A program made the position numbers and the translations under genes. A stretch of 35,113 nucleotides of DNA from Asterionella formosa (Eukaryota). Below, in pieces: positions 22,701-33,680 of the stretch (within the stretch, counting starts at the first letter, position 1; each line of letters opens with the position of its first letter). The notes below the pieces were generated by a model. The model had not been told where the DNA came from and searched no databases. It worked only from the letters and a program-made list of their open reading frames with translations. The stretch is from contig NKIB01009726.1 in the NCBI GenBank assembly GCA_002256025.1, forward strand, positions 62,001 through 97,113, given 5' to 3'.

Positions 22701-25700
22701 TCACTTTGTCTTTCTTCTTCTGCTCGGCTTCCGTGAAAGCAGCGAAGGGATCGTATGTAATCACTTGTCTCCTCGTTCGCTTCACCCCGTCATCGATCAT
22801 GTTCTCGATTTCTTCGGATGTTTCCACAGGAGCATCAAGACCAATTGATTTCTTCCAGAAGTCGGGATCGTCCAGGTCAACATCTTGAGCTCCGTCTCCA
22901 GTATCGGCGACAAAACTGGCCTTACTGAAACTTCCTAAGCCACTGCTCAACGAGGACCCAGAAGTGTCTCCATATGTAACTTTTTTGGAGCTCTGCTCCA
23001 TCAGAGCGTCGATATCGCTTTCCATGAATTTTGTGGCTTCCGAGTCGTCTTCATCCTTGAATACATCGTAGGCACCCTTCTTCAAAAGCTCATCAATCTC
23101 CTTCGCTTGATTAGCTTTTTCACTCATATCTCTCGGTTTGGTTTCGTCGCCTTCGCCCTGTTGCTGTCTTGTATGTGCGAGCACTGCTCGGTCTAAACCA
23201 AGCTTCATACTAGCTGAATGAAACATGTGCATTTCATAAGTCTTCGCGGTCAGTAATCGGTAGACGCGGACGGCTCGTGTTTGTCCAATTCTGTGCGCCC
23301 GGGCCATTGCTTGCAAATCGTTTTGAGGATTCCAGTCCGAATCGAAGATTATGACGGTGTCCGCCGACGTCAAATTTAGTCCCAGGCCTCCCGCCCTGGT
23401 ACTGAGCAACATCACGAAACGGTCAAAAGACTTTTTGTTGAATCTTTCCACAGAAGCAGATCGCGACGAAGCACTCGTTGATCCATCGAGTCGCTCGTAG
23501 CGGTATTTCTTGATCTTGATAAGTTCCTCGAGTAGATCAAGAACCTTTACCATCTGGCTAAAAATCAATACTTTGTGACCTCCTGAAAAGAGCTTCGGAA
23601 GAAGCTTGCTTAGAAGTACCATCTTCCCGGAAGACTTGACTAACTGATCGCCAAAAATCTTTAGATAGTCTGTTGGTTCATGATGAATTATGTCGTCACC
23701 GTTTTCTTTGAGTAGACCCGCTGCCTCGGCTAGGATTCGCTCCTCGGCACCTCGAATCAAGAAAGGGTGATTGCAGCACTTTCGAAGTTCCATCATAACA
23801 TTCATAAGACTTGGGGCATTGCTTGCTTTGGCCCCCTTGAACAGGAATGACGTATTCTTTTCATATATTGCTTTGTAATACTTCTTCTGGATGGGGGTTA
23901 GAAAGACTTCGAAGATAGTCTCCTCTTTCGGTGGAAGGGACTTTTCAACGTCTTCCTTGACACGGCGAAGCAAGTATGGCTTCAAAACAGAATGCAAGTC
24001 ACTAACTTGTTTGGCATTTTCGAGTTGACCGAATTTTTCAATAAAATCTTCTTTGGATTTGAAAGCAAGTGGGTCTGAGAAATGAAGAAGAGCCCAAAGC
24101 TCCTCAGTAGAGTTTTGAAGTGGGGTTCCTGTTAACAACACACAAAAATCTCTAGGAACTGTTGCAAGTTCTTCAAAGAGTCGTGCCTTTGGATTCTTGA
24201 GCCGATGCGCCTCATCAACGATCAGAGCCTTCCATTTGATTTTTGATAAGACCGCAATATCCTTCAAAACAACTTCATATGTTGTAATCAGAATATGGAA
24301 CTTGGTCACATGTTGCTTCTTCAATTTTGTCGCATTTTGCTTTGGTATGAACTGGTCAGTGTAGTAAAACTCTTGTTGTACAAGAAAGTCTCGTGCATCA
24401 GCAGATCCATGGTAGAAAACAATATTAAGATCTGGAGCCCACGTTTGACTTTCTGACTGCCATTGCCCAATCAATGAAAGTGGGGCGACTACGAGGAACG
24501 GCCCGCGCACCTTTGTCGCATCGAGATGATGGAGTTGATGAAGGAACCCTACTGATTGGATTGTCTTTCCTAAGCCCTAAGAGAAACAGGTACGAAAGAG
24601 AGATTAGCAGGCACTTGAACCATTTCAACCGTCGTGGGCAACACGACCTACCATTTCATCAGCCAAAATACAAGAGCGTTTATTCCACCAGTTGAAGAGC
24701 AACCAGTTAACACCCTCTAACTGGTAGCTTCGCAAGAGAAACCCAGAACCTGGTTTCTCATCTAGTTCATCTTTGGGTTCTTGAAAGCCATCGTGCAAGT
24801 CAGCCACCCCTCGTTCTCTCGTTGAAATAGCAAAAGCAGGTGATTCAGTGAGCTTTCGAAACTCTCGGATATGAGGATGCGTTCTATTTTGTATTTCTCG
24901 TAATTCGTCCATACTTGGAGCTTTCTGCCGGAACCAGAAGTCCTCGGCCTCATTCACTGCTTCTCGTTTGATATCTTTCCAATATTCCCAAGTCATCTCG
25001 GAGTACTGTAGACTCTTCCATTTTACCACGTAGCGTACATAGTCTTCTGGATCCCATGCATCTTCGCCTTCCGAAATCAAAGGCAAGTTATCAAACAGGG
25101 ATTTTGGTTTGAGTCCCATGTCAGTTCCTTCCGCATCGCGTTTTCGAAGCATTTTTGCCTCTTCTCTCATATTGAGTGCCCTTTGCTTGGCAAATATACT
25201 CAAATTCATTTCGCTTTCGTCACAAGCAAGAATACGCTCAACCTCTGTATTCTGAGAAGGGAATATATCTTCCTCTGGGAGCCCACCTTCGGGTGTTGGA
25301 GTCGATCTTCCTCCTTCCAAAAAGCCTTTCCAGTCAATGCCAAACGTAACTTCCTGTGCTTGTAGGAAACGCCGAATTTTGTTTTTAGCCGTATTGTTCG
25401 ACTGATCAAACTTCTCCAAGTCTCTTTTGCGTTCCCATGAACAATGCATGTATGATCGCCCCCTCCACTTGACAAGCAATACCTCTTCGCGCTGATCTGA
25501 CATGGCGATGGAGAATTTGGCATTTTCGCCAGCCTTCTCCAGCTCACGTTTGGCAGCCAGATGAATCACCATGGGGCATTGAGCTGGATTAACCCGAGAA
25601 AATTCCATGCGCTGAGCCTGATCCTTCCAAACATCAGGGTCAATTAGTCCTTTAGTTGAGATTTGGTTGGCTAATGTTAGATCGAGTGTGTTCGGTTCCT

Positions 25701-26574
25701 TCCATTCAAGAGTCGTAATCTGACGGGTTCGCCACGCGATGATCTTTTCTATAACCCAAATATGTAACACTGGTTCTCTTGAATACCATAAATTCGCCAA
25801 CACTCCAGGAGGTGGTGCTTCTACACCATCGCCTATAATATCCACATTGGTAGCAGGTTCACTAGGTGTTGTTGCTGGAATCCCAGATGATGTTGAAATG
25901 ACTGCGTTCGCCTCAAAAGGCGCGACTACCTTTAGTTTCTTGAGACGCACACGAGAATCGGCTTCAACAACATCGTCATCCCCGCTGTCGGTCAAGAAAT
26001 CGTCCGGGTCTGATTCACCCAATTCTTCGTATTTCGGTCGCTTTCGTTTGGGAACAACTCGTGCTGACTTTGGTCGAATCCCTTTGTCTATGGGCAATCC
26101 CCGAGTCATGATTTTGATGACAAAGGGATGTTCGGATTGAATCTTAATGATTCTGGAAGGCGGAGGTGGTGGCATCGAAATAACAAGTTTTGGTGATTTC
26201 TTGTGAGGGACAGGGTGCTGGCTAGGTCGGGAAAGGAAGGAAGGAGCATTGCGATGGGAAACATTATCATTCCGTGGGGTAGTCAATTCCGAATTAACTG
26301 AGTTTGTCGCTCCTGCCGACAAGGACGACTCCTGTTTTCTAGGGACTGGGAGTGATGGACTTGGTTTCGATTTATGAGATGGAGATGGAGTGGGTAGTCG
26401 ACCAGCACCTGATGTCTGAAAAGGTTTGTTATGCATCGGCAGAGATGGTCGATGCTGAATAGGTGGTGGCTGAGAAAGTGGCTGAATGGGAGGAAGAGAT
26501 TTCTTTCGAGGAATTGAGAGACTCATGGGCTGGGGTGGCTCTGATCCATTTCCATTGTGGTGGTGATCCGACAT
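19729..26574 (-). CDS. Chromodomain-helicase-DNA-binding remodeller, CHD6-9/Kismet-like, ~2256 aa, 2 exons (26574-24652, 24576-19729)
   Basis: Tandem chromodomains (LVKWRGRSYMHCSWE, YVVKWKSLQYSEMTWE). Walker A ILADEM|GLGKT is split by 75-nt intron 24577-24651. DEAH box and helicase-C motifs (STRAGGLGLNL, DSDWNPQNDLQAMARAHRIGQ). Two WW...D..L segments as in CHD6-9. Confidence 0.95.
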
Positions 26575-27319
26575 ATTCGTTCTGTGTTTTCAATCGCTAT
26601 ACGGAGAGAGGAGTTGACAGACGGTGAGTCGAATAATTAATAATCGCATGTAATGGAGTGTTCTACCAGTATGCGTTTTTCAAATATGGATGCAATGACT
26701 CCCATGCCACCCTATTCGGATCTATTAGGTCGAACCCTCGCACCACAAGTAGTTCTGTCACGAGGTGGCGGCGACTTGTGTAGCGTCCAAAGGACCTGAG
26801 CGAGAAGTGCAGCCCTGGCAGCATTACACACATCGCTATTCGCTGTCTGACACCATAAAGTCCACATCGCGTGACCCAACTCACAACCAATGCACTTGAG
26901 CTCGACAATCTTTCGATCGATTTCATCATGGTGGCACATTGGCATTTGACATACCTGTAATTTGATTAGAGCTGTATGAATATAAGCGGTCCTCCGGAGA
27001 AGGAGCAGAGGCTATACAGTGGGCTTTGTTCGTTCCGTGCGGCATGACCGTAAGGAAGCAGATTCGTTTCGGACACATTTTGCGTAGATACTGTACTCGC
27101 ACGCGTGTAGAGACGGAAAGCATCATGGTCAGATCACAAAAACAGCCAAATGGAAGTTCTCGGTTTGGAAATCATAGAAACAGACAAACGAACTTGCAGA
27201 CAAGACAAAACACTTCTAATTGCACCGTCCCACCATGACGTCCGTGCGTCGCCGATCAAATGTATTGTACAAAATAATGATACAACAGCCCAGGTGCTAT
27301 GTCCCTAAATCTACACTGT

Positions 27320-27555
27320 GTACTGGTACCACGTACCTGGTACCATGGTACCGTACCGGTATTGTAAGTGGGACACATTCTCCCAATCTCCGCCTTGTAG
27401 ATTACCGGGACCAGGTACCTGGTACCTGGTACCAGGTACCTTGCACCTTGCACCTTGCACCTTGCACCTTGCACCTGGTAGTCTGTCTAGTACCTGGTAC
27501 CAGGTACTGCTGATCGGGAACAGGTGTTCCATCAGTACTGTACAGTACCGGTACG
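27320..27555. repeat. GGTACC-rich palindromic low-complexity tract containing a 7-bp tandem array
   Basis: About 10 units of GTACC(T/A)G grading into GCACCTT at 27408-27480, with further GGTACC / TACCGGTA units on both sides. Confidence 0.9.
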
Positions 27556-28197
27556 ACCTCAGGAATAACATATTTTTGATGCATAATAGCTATTGATAAA
27601 GTGACTGTTCTGAATGACAACGCACAATAATGACTGTAGCCATTTGCTACGACCCAGCAACATTTTCTCTCGTTTATTGATGGGGTACAGGGAACAGGTA
27701 CATGGTGACATTCGTGTTTATTTATTTATGTTTGAATACCGGTATTCGTACCGGTATGTATTATCTTACTGCGGTAATAATACCGGTAGTCAGGTTAAAG
27801 GACGATGATTTTTTTCATCATTATTGCTTTATTTGTTTGTTTGATACCACAACATCAGGCAATAAATACAGCCACACTTACCTACAATCACCATAATCAG
27901 GAGGTCGAAACATTGATTGAGGTATGCGATGGATGATGTGAGCCAACTTGATATGTTGCTGTTTTGTTTGGTGGTACCTGGTAGCAAGTTTGGTTGACAG
28001 TCACTTACTGCGAAACGAGCATTCATCGTCTGATTATCATTAGGGAAAAAGACCGACAAAACAACATGCCACTATACTTCATGTCTTTGTTGTGAGTCTA
28101 TTGTTCAATGCACGGTTGTCTCACCATCACCTGCTCCACACCCTCCTCTCTTGTTCTCTTCATAAAAAGTCGCTGCAACTCAGCGTTGGAATAGACC

Positions 28198-30293
28198 ATG
28201 GACGAAGGAGGCGAATCCAGGGCAACCAGACCAGGTGTGCAACACTCTGGTGGAAAAGCCGGAAGAACAAATCTTGACGAACGCATTGCTGCAAAGCAGA
28301 AGCAAGGTAGTTTGAAATCTGTATCCAATGGTGAGACACGTGTCACCCCCATGTCGTATTCTTCCAAGTCCTCGATTCGTCGGAATGAACCAGCGAGCTC
28401 CAGTGGAAGCCTTTCTACCCCTATTGGGGGTGACGGCTACGCTGCCTTCCGCTCGGATAAACGCACCAACGGTTATGTCGCCATGGATGTTGCATCCGAA
28501 CATTCTTACGCAGAGACTAACTATCAAAGTGAACCTATCGACAACGAAAGTGAGCATGGATGCGACAAAAGGAGCAATTTAGAATCTGGCCCTCCATCGA
28601 TTTTCACATCGCACGGTATGTTCAACGAACCTAACATCGTATACGGAACATCCGGTGGTTACGATCATGGATACGTGGATGAGGGACTTGCAGTTGCCGT
28701 TCCAATCGACGAGGACGAGGACGACATCTACTACCCTGCTGCCATTCAGTACGACCCTGATTCCAAGCCGCCGATTTATAAGAATCGTCGGGTTCGACTT
28801 TATGCTTGCATGGCTGTGATACTTCTTATTATTATTGTTGTTATCACAGTCGTTGCCAGTATGAATTCGGGTGGTGATCAATATCCTACGCTTTCACCAA
28901 GCACTATTCGTGAATCACTCGGAATATATACACAGATAGCGGCTGTTGTCGGAGAGGAATCACTCAACGACCCAAAATCTCCTCAGTCGATGGCTTTGGA
29001 ATGGATCGTCAACGAAGATCCAGTCATGCTTCCACCTGAAGCTGAAAACCTTGTGCAACGTTACCTATTGTCCCTTTTCTATTTCGCCACTACCAAGTTT
29101 CAGCCATGGCTTTCGTGCAACAAACCTGCAGAGGGCGAAGATGCTTCCTGTAAGTATCAAAAGCTTATCAAAACTTTCCCTAATGAGACTTACGAGGAGA
29201 TTGATTGGATTCGTTGGTTATCAGAAAATCACGAGTGTGAATGGGCTGGTGTATATTGCAATGATTTCAATCAGACGTTAGCTATTGAGCTAAGTAAGTT
29301 TTACTGTTGAAAATCCCATCTCTTGCTTTGAGTTTTGTCGTATTTGATCAAAATCTGACACTATCTGATCTTCGGACAGCTGGACAGCAAATCCGTGGTC
29401 CCTTTCCCGTTGATATCACAAAATTGTCATATTTGCAATCTCTAACCTTAGTCTGGAACGAATTCTACGGCCTGCTTCCATCTGAGTTGGGTAAAATGAG
29501 ACATTTACTCAACATTGAGTTGCAATACAACTTCTTCAGTGGCTTAGTTCCCATAGAATGGTACTCAGCTCAAGCCCTCCAGCGCATTAGCCTTTCCGGG
29601 AATATTCTCACCGGCCAGATTGCTACCGAGATCGGTCAACTCACTTCTCTGAAAGGTGTTTTCTTGGATGTCAACTTGCTCAATGGCACCATCCCCTCTG
29701 AAATTGGTAGTCTGAAATATCTAGCGTTCACACGTTGGGGAAGTAACTCTATGAAGGGTACTGTCCCTACCGAAGTTGGACTGCTCACCAACCTTAAAGA
29801 GCTTTGGTTGAGGGAGAACATGTTCACTGGCGTTATCCCTTCTGAATTGGGAAACCTCCAAAAACTGGACGATCTTCGTCTTAACCGCAATCTCTTTTCG
29901 GGAACCATCCCTGATGAGATCTATTCGTTGTCTCAGCTCCAACGCTTAGACGCCATGGACTCCAATCTTACGGGTACGATCAGTACACAAATTGGTAATC
30001 TGACAAACTTACAAATTTTACGCCTGCGGAGAAACAATTTCGAAGGCACCATCCCATCCGAATTAGGCAACATCGGAAATCTCAAGGTTATTTGGCTTCA
30101 TCTAAACAACATTCATGGTACAGTGCCACTTGAAGTCTGTGCACTTCGTGGATCCCAAGGTTTGTTATTTATTGACGCTGATTGCCGATCGGACAACCCT
30201 TCTGTTACCCCTCTTGTTGATTGTCACTCCGGTTGCTGCACAGATTGCTGCGATACCTACTCGGAGATCTGCCTCACTCCTATTACGCGATAG
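28198..30293 (+). CDS. Type II membrane leucine-rich-repeat protein (diatom-type, no kinase), ~669 aa, 2 exons (28198-29293, 29380-30293)
   Basis: Disordered N-terminus, single TM after KNRRVR, SPQSMALEW/QRYLLSLFY/WLSENHECEWAGVYC cap, plant-type LxxNxxxGxIPxExGxL repeats, and a Cys-rich C-cap. Intron 29294-29379 (GTAAGT...ACAG) restores the frame. Confidence 0.92.
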
Positions 30294-30446
30294 CATTCTG
30301 GATTTCAGGGAGGGGGGGTTAAGATTGGGTTCTTCACACATTTTGTTTGAGTTTATTTAGGTGCGGAATTACTTAGTGAGGCACTATAATTGGAAACGAC
30401 GGAATGAAGACTTTGATACATTTTGGCATGTGATATGAGCTTGACG

Positions 30447-32003
30447 TTATTCCTTAAAACTCTTTGTTCTAACTTTGGTTGGGAAATCCTTTCGTTCCAA
30501 TCCCTTGAGGGAGAACAATCGTTCGGCTCGTTCATGCGCAGATCCCCCACACTTGCAGTCCATCGCCATAAGTGCGCTTTTGAGTCTGTCGATACCCAAT
30601 GCTTCGAGCTGTTCTATAGTTTCATATTTGTCCAGGTTGAGTTCTTCCGGCAGGACAGCAACGGATTTGAAATCACTTTTTGGTGGCTTGGGACCATTAA
30701 CTGGAATGACATATAATTGTCGGGGTCCTTCGTTTTCTTCCCGTATTTCTGCCGCAGGTTTCATTTCGCCTTCGGCCTGGGTCATTAGTTCATGAACAGG
30801 CATACAGTCTTTTGGCATATGCTTCATTTGATCAAATTGCGAGTACAATTTCAGAATTTCACCTTGGTTGCAGCTTACAGATGGTACCAATGGCCTGCCC
30901 TTGTCTGTTACAAATGCCACACCCATGGAATTTCCATTTCTTGAATAGCTAATTTCTCCCGAACTAGCATCGTACAAACACCCAATCACATCACCCGCCT
31001 TCCACTCCTGGCCGTATGTTTCGTCCGTTCCGTCGTGAAACTTTCGTGTACGACTACCGTCGAAGGCAAAGCTTCCCGTGTCATCTCCAACTCCATCGCC
31101 GGTATCTGTATTCGGTCTAAAGTTCATCAAATCAGCCCATCCTACTTGCGATATGCCTGCCGTTTCCAGCTGCACTTCATAGTACACGGGTGCTTTTGGC
31201 TGCCTTTCCAAGACCAATACCATGGTACTGAAGTCCGACTTGGATTGCAAAGTCATATTTTGTTCCACAACAAAATCACCTGAAAGCGTCAGAATGGACT
31301 CATGTTGTGACACGTCTTTATCATCTGTAATACACGTCCGTTTGCGTTTCAATTTTTCGAGTCCTTGATGAATGGCAGCATTGACATTTAACGAATCAGT
31401 TGCATGTGTTGTCTGAGCGACATAGTCCTGCACTGCCGCAGCATGCTCACGTTCCCGCTCTTCCTTCTCAGAACGCTTTCTTGTCGTAGCTCTTTCCAAC
31501 ATCGCAGTCCTATGTTTGACCTGATATTGTAATTTCTTCGTAGCTTTTTGCCCCACATCAGCCCATGTAGGTATCATTAAATGCCAATTGTACAACCCGG
31601 ACGGTGTGTTCATGTACTCAGCATCTTCGTCGACCTTCTCGCCCGCCCTCTTTCGTTCTTGAATTTCGTGCCATTTTCGAAGCTTTATTTCATCATTGAC
31701 ATGCCGCAATCTTCGTCCTTGCAAATCGCGACATGCTCCAAAGTCGGTAGTAAGTTTGGCTCCCGCTTGTTTGGATTGTCCCTTGAGTAAGGTCCCGAAC
31801 CCTCCCTTCCCACCGAGAATGGAGGACCGTGTGGTGATAGTAACGAATGGGAAGGAAGAGTGTGTAATGACAAGGTGCTGGAGGGGCCAATCAGTATGGA
31901 CACCTAGGGTGTGGAGGAGTTCGCTGTCATCCTGTGCGCAGATGACATGTGTTTTGTTCTGGAAGCGGACAAGCCATTGATGGGGTTGAGCTTGTTGGAA
32001 CAT
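30447..32003 (-). CDS. SDE2: SDE2 homologue with internal SPRY domain and C-terminal SAP-like domain, ~518 aa
   Basis: ILGG|KGGFGTLLK cleavage motif and FGACRDLQGRRLRHVN. SPRY motifs YYEV...QVGWA...GVGDD..SFAFDG...WKAGDVIGC. C-terminus LEALGIDRLKSALMAMDCKCGGSAHERAERLF. First ATG is at 32003. Confidence 0.9.
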   Translation of the reverse strand: MFQQAQPHQWLVRFQNKTHVICAQDDSELLHTLGVHTDWPLQHLVITHSSFPFVTITTRSSILGGKGGFGTLLKGQSKQAGAKLTTDFGACRDLQGRRLRHVNDEIKLRKWHEIQERKRAGEKVDEDAEYMNTPSGLYNWHLMIPTWADVGQKATKKLQYQVKHRTAMLERATTRKRSEKEEREREHAAAVQDYVAQTTHATDSLNVNAAIHQGLEKLKRKRTCITDDKDVSQHESILTLSGDFVVEQNMTLQSKSDFSTMVLVLERQPKAPVYYEVQLETAGISQVGWADLMNFRPNTDTGDGVGDDTGSFAFDGSRTRKFHDGTDETYGQEWKAGDVIGCLYDASSGEISYSRNGNSMGVAFVTDKGRPLVPSVSCNQGEILKLYSQFDQMKHMPKDCMPVHELMTQAEGEMKPAAEIREENEGPRQLYVIPVNGPKPPKSDFKSVAVLPEELNLDKYETIEQLEALGIDRLKSALMAMDCKCGGSAHERAERLFSLKGLERKDFPTKVRTKSFKE

Positions 32004-32316
32004 GATGATAACGATTTCGTCAGTGAGATCAAGCAAAATGTATGGTATCTAGAGGGCTGGATGGTTGTCTCTATATACTATATCGTCGATTAGTCACAAC
32101 TGAACTGTTGGACACCTTTTAATTAACTGCTGATGATATGGTTTTCGTGTCTCCCTCCCTCCATCCATCACCCCCTGTTGTATCCTGTTTATGTATAAAA
32201 TACAGTATAGTAGCATTTTACTATAAAAGCAATAAATACCTCTTGGCGAATATTTCTTATGAATACCGGTATAGATGATACTCAGAATGTTTTTTTCTGC
32301 AGGCGGCGGAGCGCGG

Positions 32317-33659
32317 ATGAAACCGATCATCATCCTGCACACTTTGTTGCTGCTCCTTGTTTCTTTGCTAGTAGAAGTGTCAGCCTCCCCAGGAATAGCG
32401 ATACCGGTAGTTCTGATGAAAACAAGAGTATTAATTATTCGATCGTTGATTCCGTCCTTTCGAGATCATAAGATGTCAATAGGAAGGTGCCAAAGTGGTT
32501 TCGTCCTTCATTCCATTGGAATTTCGACCAACTCCATGGCTGGCTTTCCAATCAACATGTGCAAACCTGTTTGGGATCCTTGGTCATGGATGTACCAGAA
32601 TGCGCCTACATTCGCAATTGGAATATACTGCCAGCACTACCGGTACACGTTGTCGCAAATAAAATCGCAATGGAGGGAACGCTTAGAAAGAAATCTTTTA
32701 AAAAAACGTATGTATTGGGGATGAACGAAGGCGCGTTACACATTGATACCGCAGACAACGACTGGTTCCATGCTGCATGCTGACTTTGAGTGGGTTGAAG
32801 ATTCAAAAGATATTGCGATTTTGTTGCATGGTCTAGAGGCAAGTTCAGAAGCACTCCTTAGTATTGATATCGCTGAAGGCTATCGACAATTGGGCCTGGA
32901 CGTGGTATGTTTGAACTTTAGAGGTTGTTCGGGGAGTCCAGCCAACAAACTGGGTGGATATCATTTTGGATTTACACAAGATCTCAAACATTTTCTTACT
33001 TTATTAGAGCTTGAATGTACTGATCTGCCATCAATATACATTTCTGGATTCAGTCTTGGGGGCAATGTTGTATTGAAAACATTAAGAGAGCTTGGTATTG
33101 ATGCAGTCGATCGGTTCAACACCAAGGGAGCATCGATTGCATACCCTCCCATTGACGCTGAAAAGGACAATCAGTGCATCGATGCTAAAGGGCTCAACTA
33201 ACGAATATACGCTGGTGGTTTGTGTTCTGAAATCAGAAAAAGACAACAGAACTGTTGAGCCTATTTTTCGGCGGCGACATTAACACCACTCAATGTGGCT
33301 ATCCCTGTGTTATGAGGGCCAAGACGATTCAGGAGATCAACAATGCGTACATCGCACCAATTATTGGTTTCGAAGGAGCTATCGAATACTTTCGAAAATC
33401 ATTTTGATACTATTACTTGGACTAAATAGCATTGCCTACCTTTGTTTAAAGAGCCTGAGATGAAACATACCCTTTGAAAAGAGCCGGTTGAATGGTGGAT
33501 TTGCCCCAATCAAGTACAAATTAAGGCGGTCATTTAGGTTATTCATTCCATGAATTGAACAATGACGTCGCCAATGTACCGACGACAGGTTGGATGTCAT
33601 CCGAACTTGCAAGGTTCGTCAAGCATATCAGTGAGATCTCAGCATCTCTTATAGGATAA
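32317..33659 (+). pseudogene. YheT/ABHD1-3-family alpha/beta hydrolase pseudogene
   Basis: Motifs spread across frames: FRPTPW/LSNQHVQT, LLHGLEASS, LNFRGCSG, YHFGFTQDL, GFSLGGNV, TIQEINNAYIAP, GGHLG. Frameshifts at 32537-32544 and 32769-32782; stops at 33199, 33405, 33423 and further on. Confidence 0.88.
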
Positions 33660-33680
33660 CTTGTTTTAATTACAATGTGA

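Noticed and set aside
27220..27620. Five overlapping ORFs with VPGT/LHLAPCT repeats
   Set aside because: Produced by the stop-free 7-mer palindromic array.
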